DNA of 57,304 nt from positions 1-57,304 of IMG/VR virus record IMGVR_UViG_3300046001_004161; one strand, written 5' to 3'. Positions within the stretch are counted from its first letter, which is position 1, and every line of letters begins with the position of its first letter. The position numbers and the translations under genes are program-made. The notes under the pieces were generated by a model, which had not been told where the DNA came from, ran no database searches, and saw only the letters and a list, made by a program, of their open reading frames with translations. Source of the DNA: a virus. Taxonomy: Duplodnaviria > Caudoviricetes. Below are positions 47,284 through 53,297 of this stretch, piece after piece.

Positions 47284-47376
47284 TGGTGGAGAAGATTGGA
47301 ATCGAACCAATTAGTTTAATTTTTGCTGAAAACATTCTAAGACAGAATGAGTGCCCCACCGTAGGGCATCTTCTCC
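47284..47376 (-). ncRNA. CCA-ended tRNA-like RNA with the UAG-stem/CAGCA module in place of the anticodon arm
   Basis: GGAGAAG/CTTCTCC-A-CCA; CATTCTG-TCT-TAGAATG-TTTTCAGCAAAAA; canonical T-arm. Confidence 0.75.
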
Positions 47377-47382
47377 GGTTAC

Positions 47383-47456
47383 TGGTGGTCCTGGATGGAA
47401 TCGAACCATCGTCTCTCGCCTATCAAGCAAGCAGTCTCCCATTGAAATACAGGACT
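47383..47456 (-). tRNA. tRNA-Ile(GAT)
   Basis: Loop TTGATAG. Confidence 0.8.
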
Positions 47457-47463
47457 AAATTTT

Positions 47464-47570
47464 TGGCTCCCCAACGTGGGATCGAACCACGGACCAAGTG
47501 ATTAACTTAAACACCCTCCTAGAAGGATGTTTCGTGTCAGTCACCTACTCTACCGCTGAGCTATTAGGGA
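47464..47570 (-). tRNA. tRNA-Asn(GTT) with 32-nt intron-like insertion (47507-47538)
   Basis: Removing the insert restores GGTGA-CTGTTAA-TCACT and a 75-nt canonical tRNA. Confidence 0.88.
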
Positions 47571-47587
47571 ACAGATACTTCTTTGTC

Positions 47588-47668
47588 TGGCTGACCGTGT
47601 AGGAATCGAACCTACCTAGTATCCGTTAACAGCGGATCGCGTATGCACCTTGCTCGCTTTTACGGTCA
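47588..47668 (-). tRNA. tRNA-Asn(GTT)
   Basis: Loop CTGTTAA, enlarged D region. Confidence 0.8.
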
Positions 47669-47675
47669 ATATGTT

Positions 47676-47810
47676 TGGTGCCGGTGGCGGGAGTCGAACC
47701 CGCAAGCCTTTGTTTCACAAAAGGTCTAACAACCGTTGAAACTCCGCCGTCTGGGACGTCACTCAGCGAGGGAGATCTTCTGTTCCCGCAGTAGCTTACT
47801 GCTTCCCGGC
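47676..47810 (-). ncRNA. 135-nt expanded tRNA-like RNA
   Basis: GCCGG/CCGGC-A-CCA, T-arm, extra hairpins, no standard anticodon arm. Confidence 0.6.
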
Positions 47811-47816
47811 ATTGTT

Positions 47817-47908
47817 TGGTGGAAGCGGTGAGATTCGAACTCACGAACCCCTTGCGGGGCCTCCAGTTTTCAAGACTGGCGCGTTCAGCCAGGCTCCGCC
47901 ACACTTCC
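47817..47908 (-). tRNA. tRNA-Ser(TGA)
   Basis: Loop CTTGAAA, V-arm. Confidence 0.9.
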
Positions 47909-47916
47909 GTTTTGTT

Positions 47917-47992
47917 TGGTGCAACCGCCCCGAATCGAACGGAGATATCCTGCTCTTCAGGCAGGCGCTCAGACCACATAAGCCACGGTTGC
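47917..47992 (-). tRNA. tRNA-Phe(GAA)
   Basis: Loop CTGAAGA. Confidence 0.85.
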
Positions 47993-48000
47993 GTATTGTT

Positions 48001-48079
48001 TGGTACCCGGGGTCGGAGTCGAACCGACAAAATCACTCCCTTTTGAGGAGAGCCGCTTTTCCAAATTGCGTACACGGGC
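48001..48079 (-). tRNA. tRNA-Leu(CAA)
   Basis: Loop CTCAAAA. Confidence 0.85.
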
Positions 48080-48089
48080 ATTGTTGTTT

Positions 48090-48164
48090 TGGCGCCTCGT
48101 ATGGGAATCGAACCCACTACCTCGACATTGACAGTGTCGCGATCTACCATTGAGCTAACGAAGC
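48090..48164 (-). tRNA. tRNA-Asp(GTC)
   Basis: Loop CTGTCAA, G73. Confidence 0.85.
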
Positions 48165-48172
48165 ATTTTGTT

Positions 48173-48259
48173 TGGTGCGCAAGGTCGGGTTCGAACCGAC
48201 ACGCCCTTTCGGACCCCGACTTCTGAGGACGGGAAGACTACCAATTCCATCACATGCGC
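48173..48259 (-). tRNA. tRNA-Leu(CAG)
   Basis: Loop CTCAGAA, V-arm. Confidence 0.85.
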
Positions 48260-48266
48260 AAATTTG

Positions 48267-48351
48267 TGGTGCCTCGGGTGAGAGTCGAACTCACAATCCT
48301 TTCGGCGCTGGCTTCTAAGACCAGAGTGTATTCCAGTTCCACCACCGAGGC
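48267..48351 (-). tRNA. tRNA-Leu(TAG)
   Basis: Loop CTTAGAA, V-arm. Confidence 0.9.
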
Positions 48352-48358
48352 GTATCTT

Positions 48359-48724
48359 TTAATGTTTTACGTATTGCTGAAACAATACTGCTTCAACGTT
48401 AATATGATTAATTAACCAATCCTCTGCAAAAGTAAGGATCTCGAAGGAAGGTTCTCCTGTTTTTTCGAGTTCCGCAATATGCTGTTGCACTGAATCTCTA
48501 AATCGTCGATGGCAAATTACGTGCTCATCGTATCCAGAAACGTTATTGTCCCGCATAAATTGCTCTTCGTCTCGGAAGTGAAAGCCAATGTACGCTTCCA
48601 ACTTACCAAGGAGAGTTAGTAGGGCATCAAACTGGTCGGCCTCTACAAGCATACGTGCATCCTTAATGGCGCTAAACAACATCGAATGTTGAGTGTCAAT
48701 TTTGACTATGCCGCTTAATTTCAT
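48359..48724 (-). CDS. bacteriohemerythrin-like protein
   Basis: GIVKIDTQH, HFRDEEQFM, H...H, WLINHINVE. Confidence 0.85.
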   Translation of the reverse strand: MKLSGIVKIDTQHSMLFSAIKDARMLVEADQFDALLTLLGKLEAYIGFHFRDEEQFMRDNNVSGYDEHVICHRRFRDSVQQHIAELEKTGEPSFEILTFAEDWLINHINVEAVLFQQYVKH

Positions 48725-48762
48725 ATTGTACCCTTTTGAATATTTATTCAAAATGCATATTT

Positions 48763-48836
48763 TGGTCACCGGTGAAGGAATCGAACCTTCGTCTTGTGGT
48801 TCCAGGCCACCTAGTCTACCATTGATTTAACCGGAG
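48763..48836 (-). tRNA. tRNA-Pro(TGG), C33
   Basis: Loop CCTGGAA. Confidence 0.75.
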
Positions 48837-48949
48837 ATATGACTGATACTGTTAGTGGTCGTCACTTCACTAAAGGATAACTGTCCCAGGACAAGGATAT
48901 GTTATCTAACTCTTGTGCGTCTGTCCTGCCATTGAATGGCGGTTAAAAC

Positions 48950-49034
48950 TGGTCTCTGCGGTAGGACTCGAACCTACATATGCCATTACAGCCCTGTTCC
49001 CAAAACAGGTGACCAACCTTTGGCCCACACAGAG
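48950..49034 (-). tRNA. tRNA-Pro(TGG) with long variable arm
   Basis: Loop TTTGGGA; V region GCTGTAATGGCATAT. Confidence 0.8.
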
Positions 49035-49041
49035 ATAATCT

Positions 49042-49080
49042 TGGTCGGCGTACAAGGATTCGAACCTTATATGCCTATGA
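49042..49080 (-). pseudogene. orphan 3' half of a split tRNA-Pro
   Basis: T-arm + TACGCCG-A-CCA; pairs with 49479-49511. Confidence 0.8.
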
Positions 49081-49081
49081 T

Positions 49082-49158
49082 TGGTCCGAGATGAGAGATT
49101 CGAACTCCCGACATCCTGCTCCCAAAGCAGGCGGTCTACCAGGCTGACCTAATCTCGG
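49082..49158 (-). tRNA. tRNA-Pro(TGG), carried by the inserted element
   Basis: Loop TTTGGGA; nt 8-10 form the ORF stop. Confidence 0.9.
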
Positions 49159-49466
49159 ATATTTAAGTACTTCAGCAACTTTTCTAAGTTGCTGTGATTC
49201 TCTATGCCGCCTACTACCGTGTTACACCTGTTACATAGGATGCCGCGCACTTGGTTAGTTTCGTGATCGTGATCAACGAAGCCGCCCTTGTGTCCAACAA
49301 ACATCTCTAACTCGGTGTCGCACAAGCAACATTTCTTTCCCTGCGATTCAAACAGTTTAACCTGTTCAACGCGGGTCATTCCGTACCTGTGTAAGCCATC
49401 TTTACAAACCCTACAGGATTTGCCAGGTAAATCGTGTTCTGCGGAGCAATAATTACATGTCTTCAT
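49149..49466 (-). CDS. endonuclease VII-like (HNH-fold) endonuclease inserted in tRNA-Pro
   Basis: RYGMT...QGKKCCLC...VDHDHETNQVRGILCNRCN. Confidence 0.85.
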   Translation of the reverse strand: MKTCNYCSAEHDLPGKSCRVCKDGLHRYGMTRVEQVKLFESQGKKCCLCDTELEMFVGHKGGFVDHDHETNQVRGILCNRCNTVVGGIENHSNLEKLLKYLNIRD

Positions 49467-49478
49467 ACATTTATTTAT

Positions 49479-49511
49479 GCCAGATGCGCTAAATCACTGC
49501 GCTACACGCCG
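49479..49511 (-). pseudogene. orphan 5' half of the split tRNA-Pro
   Basis: CGGCGTG-TA-GCGC..GCGC-A-TCTGG-C, then ATAAATA. Confidence 0.85.
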
Positions 49512-49518
49512 ATGAAAC

Positions 49519-49593
49519 TGGTATTCCGTAGGGGTTACGATCCCCTCTAGGTAGCTTGAAAGGCTACTGACCTCACCAGATGTCTAACGGAAT
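49519..49593 (-). tRNA. tRNA-Glu(TTC)
   Basis: Loop CTTTCAA. Confidence 0.85.
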
Positions 49594-49733
49594 ATAATCT
49601 TTATTTACTGCACCGCCTTCTCAGAGGTAAGTGCTAATTCGTGCTGCCACGAACTGCTACGGCCATCGAGTACATGCAATCGGGTCTGAGATTAGATCGC
49701 ATCACATAGGGTATCGCCGTACACACATAAATC

Positions 49734-49809
49734 TGGAACCACCAACCAGATTTGAACTGGTATCTCCTGCTTGAGGGGCAAGCGACCTAAGCCGTTAGTC
49801 GATGATGGT
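49734..49809 (-). tRNA. tRNA-Glu(CTC), C33
   Basis: Loop CCCTCAA. Confidence 0.8.
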
Positions 49810-49815
49810 AAAACT

Positions 49816-49891
49816 TGGTATCGCGTACGAGAATCGAACTCGTCTCTACAGGTTGAAGGCCTGTCGGTCTACCCAGAAACGCCAACGCGAT
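49816..49891 (-). tRNA. tRNA-Glu(TTC), C33
   Basis: ACAGG-CCTTCAA-CCTGT. Confidence 0.75.
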
Positions 49892-49896
49892 ATATT

Positions 49897-49972
49897 TGGA
49901 AGCGGATGATGGATTCGAACCAACGGTCTCCAGGTTATGAGCCTAGCGGGATGACCACTTCCCTAATCCGCA
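49897..49972 (-). tRNA. initiator-like tRNA-Met(CAT); 5' half encoded by the endonuclease ORF
   Basis: Loop CTCATAA, 1:72 mismatch; ORF stop TAA lies in the anticodon loop. Confidence 0.85.
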
Positions 49973-50510
49973 AATTTTGATCTAAATTGTCAATTTCTTT
50001 CTGTTTAATAATGATCAGCTTTTTATCCACTGATCCCCATTTACATCTATCTCGTTCTCTCTCATACCCTTTAACTTCAATGAGTATGTCTGAATCTATT
50101 AGGTAAAAGTCTGGAAAATATAAGTGCCATCCATTATTCCAAAAGTAACTATACGGTTTAATGTCGTTTGTCCATCTTACATTATTTTCGTTTAACCAAT
50201 TCGCTACTGATAACTCCCAACGACCTTTAACTTTTGTTAATCCAGTTGATGATTTAACCTCATATATCTTTACTCTACCAGATACATTGTTCTTAGAATA
50301 TGAATCTGGATTAGCCTCAACTATTTTCTTCATTTTTACAGAATGTGCTTTTCTCTTTTCGTCAGTCCATTGCTGCATTTTACTTATTTCACTTTGCGCT
50401 TTTCTCGCTTCATCCGTCCACTTTTTCATTTTTCTATCTGGATTCGATGAACATCGAATTTGATGATGGATGGTCGGGGTTTCTTTCTCACAAAATTTAC
50501 AAATAACCAT
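49935..50510 (-). CDS. PD-(D/E)XK (TnsA-like) endonuclease inserted in tRNA-Met
   Basis: GRWE...YFPDFYL...IEVKG; TATAAATA at 50534-50541. Confidence 0.8.
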   Translation of the reverse strand: MVICKFCEKETPTIHHQIRCSSNPDRKMKKWTDEARKAQSEISKMQQWTDEKRKAHSVKMKKIVEANPDSYSKNNVSGRVKIYEVKSSTGLTKVKGRWELSVANWLNENNVRWTNDIKPYSYFWNNGWHLYFPDFYLIDSDILIEVKGYERERDRCKWGSVDKKLIIIKQKEIDNLDQNLRIREVVIPLGS

Positions 50511-50553
50511 AATAGTAGTATCTCCTCTACTATTATTTATATAAATTCAGATT

Positions 50554-50587
50554 TTATAAGCCTGGAGTCTGACTATCAGAAGCCGCT
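50554..50587 (-). pseudogene. decayed 5' half of the former tRNA-Met
   Basis: AGCGGCT...CCAGG-CTTATAA; CCAGG pairs perfectly with CCTGG of the 49897 tRNA. Confidence 0.6.
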
Positions 50588-50666
50588 ATTGTTTGGCCCC
50601 GTTATTATCTTTCGATCATTTTAAGTCGGGAGAACGGGAGCACCGACATTAGTTGCAACACATCTT

Positions 50667-50742
50667 TGGTTGTCCCGGAAGGAATCGAACCTTACAGTCG
50701 ATCGGTTATCGGCCGATTGCTCTACCATTGAGCTACAGGACA
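50667..50742 (-). tRNA. tRNA-Ile(GAT), C33
   Basis: Loop CCGATAA. Confidence 0.85.
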
Positions 50743-50749
50743 ATTCTTC

Positions 50750-50834
50750 TGGTGCGAGCGGTGGGACTCGAACCCACATGCCCAAAGGCGGGAGATTTTA
50801 AGTCTCCTGAATATACCGATTTCTCCACGCTCGC
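50750..50834 (-). tRNA. tRNA-Leu(TAA)
   Basis: Loop CTTAAAA, V-arm; starts 1 nt after the endonuclease stop. Confidence 0.9.
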
Positions 50835-50835
50835 G

Positions 50836-51492
50836 TTATTTCTTAATCTTACGTCCTGTTCTCCAGCCCTCAGGAACAAGATCGGTTTTCTTTATCTTTT
50901 TGTTCTCTGTTTCGTTTGTGATCCACATCGTTCCATAGTTGGAATTCTTTTCACCTTGCTGATGTCCGATCTCTTTGAAAGTTTGTTTTCTTTTAAGAAT
51001 AGCCTCTGGGGAGCTTGCACGTAACCGCATTTCTTTTAATCCGTCAGGCGAAAATGCTCCACGAACAACTTGGCCATTCTCATAAGCAGTTCTCAAAGAA
51101 ACACTTATTCGGTCATTCTTAATTTTCCACCATTCTTCAGATTTGTTTTTCATCGAAAGGTTGCCTAGCTTACCACCTTTACTTGGTTGATCTAAGTTAT
51201 TACGAATGATATACTCAAACCCGCCAAAGCCACCTCGACGTAAATTATACACATCTTCACGCAATAAAAACTCATCTGTCACTATTTCTTTTTCTCTTGC
51301 ATACATAGCAGCCGAATCGTCGAACTGCTCCAATATGACTTTAGTGAAATTCGCAATTCCGTACTTTGTGATAGCACTACGAATCACTTTCCCAGAGCCC
51401 ATATAACCATCATCCATTGACTTGGTTTTATGAACCCCTACGTAAATTTTGCCATTCAGATTGTTTCTGATCTCATACAAGTAATAGAACAT
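50836..51492 (-). CDS. Seg-like GIY-YIG homing endonuclease, paralog of 41395
   Basis: Near-identical N-terminal about 95 aa and C-terminal WITNE..GWR. Confidence 0.9.
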   Translation of the reverse strand: MFYYLYEIRNNLNGKIYVGVHKTKSMDDGYMGSGKVIRSAITKYGIANFTKVILEQFDDSAAMYAREKEIVTDEFLLREDVYNLRRGGFGGFEYIIRNNLDQPSKGGKLGNLSMKNKSEEWWKIKNDRISVSLRTAYENGQVVRGAFSPDGLKEMRLRASSPEAILKRKQTFKEIGHQQGEKNSNYGTMWITNETENKKIKKTDLVPEGWRTGRKIKK

Positions 51493-51531
51493 AAAGTCCT
51501 CCTTACTTATATTTATGCAAAATCTACTTTG

Positions 51532-51604
51532 TGGGTGAAGCCGGGAATCGAACCCTGGTCCTCCGTTTCACAGACAGATATTCTGCCACTGAACTAGCCA
51601 CACC
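51532..51604 (-). tRNA. tRNA-His(GTG), 3' end irregular
   Basis: Loop CTGTGAA; abuts the endonuclease leader. Confidence 0.75.
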
Positions 51605-51610
51605 ATTGTT

Positions 51611-51684
51611 TGGCGAACCGTGTAGGAATCGAACCCACGTCAAGACGTTTGGAGTGTCTTGTTCTACCATTGAACTAACGGAAC
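51611..51684 (-). tRNA. tRNA-Trp(CCA)
   Basis: Loop CTCCAAA; D-stem GTTC/GAAC. Confidence 0.85.
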
Positions 51685-51791
51685 ATATTTGAATGCCGAA
51701 ACCCTGCGTCACCCTCCGGTGGTCAGGTTTTTCTGATCCGCATATTAGCAGGCAGGTTGCGATCCTAGCCACAGATATGTTTCAGCAAATT

Positions 51792-51867
51792 TGGCGACCT
51801 AGGCGGGTAACGATCCCGACTCCTCTTGCGTGACAGGCAAGTATGCGTCCATGAACACTTCTAGGCC
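51792..51867 (-). tRNA. tRNA-Asp(GTC)
   Basis: Loop CTGTCAC. Confidence 0.85.
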
Positions 51868-52473
51868 ATATTCTTTTTACAACTTCTACCAGCAAAGGTA
51901 TCAGTTTGCGTGTGACAGTTTGGGCATGTCACCACGCTTATTCTTAAGGACGTCAAGCCGCCCTTAAATTCTAAATTCTGTGTAGTCATTTTCATCGCTG
52001 ATTCAGTACAGCGGTGCGGTTGGTCGGTAGAAAGGCTACTTTCAAAGTTCCGCCGCTCATGGCACCCTCTTTCATTGCACCATGCACTTTGCCCTTAAAA
52101 TCTGAAACAAAAATCTTCTTGCTGGACAACCCTGAGTTTACATCAGGACCGACTGGCTAAGTCATTTCTATCACGAATCTGCTCGATCGAGCGTCTCTGC
52201 ACAGTTACTCCGGCCAAGGTATCACCGCACAGTCGTTAAGTCGGAATTCATCACCGACACATATCGTCCAGTAAAGCGACTTACTTTTGCATATCTCCAT
52301 CAAGCACTGATGGGCGGGAGCAAGCAAACCCTCCTACACTAAGTGACGCAGTTGCGCCTGTGGTTTCCTTGCAGTCCCTTGTTAGTCCAGGATGCTCATT
52401 CACGCCGCGACCTTCTTGGGTCGCACTCGGGTTCCACTACCGTTCGTGGGCTATACTTGCCACGACTCAAGTT

Positions 52474-52602
52474 TTAGATGCCGCCACCGTAGTTGAAACG
52501 GCAGTAGCGGCCAATCATCTTGCTGTAGCCATCAAGCAGGCCGCGGTTGAAACGCTTGCGAAGAATGCGCTTCCAGAAAGCCTTGTTCTTGCTCTTGGAC
52601 AT
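52474..52602 (-). CDS. 42-aa basic peptide (MSKSKNKAFWKRILRKRFNRG...)
   Basis: SD AAGGAG; sits inside a structured non-coding block. Confidence 0.55.
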   Translation of the reverse strand: MSKSKNKAFWKRILRKRFNRGLLDGYSKMIGRYCRFNYGGGI

Positions 52603-52801
52603 TTTGCTGCTCCTTGGTTGTTGCGAATAGGTGAGTCACCTTTTCTCGTCTTGTTACTCATTGGACGGATGATTTCCGCAAATCACCAAGCATAGGTTCG
52701 GGCTCACACTAGGCACATTCAGTGAGTATGTCGCGTCGCACCAGCTCTTTCGAGTCACGCGATTTGTCAGTAGAACTAGACTGACCGGCTAGTTTATTAC
52801 A

Positions 52802-52877
52802 TGGTGGACCAGCGGGGTAACGATCCCCGATCTTCGCATTGCAAGTGCGACGTGTAGCCCTCTATCACTACCAGCCC
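52802..52877 (-). tRNA. tRNA-Ala(TGC)
   Basis: G3:U70, loop CTTGCAA. Confidence 0.85.
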
Positions 52878-52942
52878 ATTGTTTGTGCTAGCCACGGTAC
52901 TCCTGCTAGCCCTGCTCTCATAACAGAGAACAGCATTTGAAT

Positions 52943-53100
52943 TGAGTTAAGAATGTCAGGAATCGAACCTGATCCAGCAGGCTTTCGTCACCCTACTTCG
53001 TGCGCTAACACTTTTCAAATAAGTACTCCCCCGCCCATGCTACCGTTACATCACATCAAATTGCCCGACCACGTTTAGCGACGCAGTCAAACAACCTCAA
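52943..53100 (-). ncRNA. tRNA-like RNA with expanded anticodon domain, no CCA
   Basis: D-arm ATGT-AACGGTA-GCAT, T-arm TCAGG-TTCGATT-CCTGA, about 60-nt middle. Confidence 0.5.
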
Positions 53101-53103
53101 ACT

Positions 53104-53204
53104 TGGTGCAGGGCGTGGGATTCGAACCCTACGGCATTGCTACCGTATTTTCGCATTCTCCTCTGGGTCATGACTCCCGTCAGACACACCATGTGAGACC
53201 CCGC
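53104..53204 (-). ncRNA. 101-nt atypical tRNA-like RNA
   Basis: GCGGGGT/GCCCTGC-A-CCA, T-loop, GGG-AGTCATGA-CCC, extra arm. Confidence 0.55.
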
Positions 53205-53210
53205 AATATT

Positions 53211-53297
53211 TGGTGCTGCTACTAGGAATCGAACCCAGCTGGCCCTTGGGGCGAAAGCTTTACAGGCTTCCCTGTCTCCATAACAGTCTATAACAGC
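53211..53297 (-). tRNA. tRNA-Tyr(GTA)
   Basis: Loop CTGTAAA, V-arm. Confidence 0.8.

Noticed and set aside
45952-49511. Group I introns as the explanation for the split tRNAs
   Set aside because: The inserts consist almost entirely of promoter, ORF and a whole tRNA, leaving no room for a ribozyme core.
49816-49891. Possible opal suppressor (CTTCAA visible in the loop)
   Set aside because: The 5-bp stem fixes a 7-nt loop CCTTCAA, so the anticodon is TTC (Glu).
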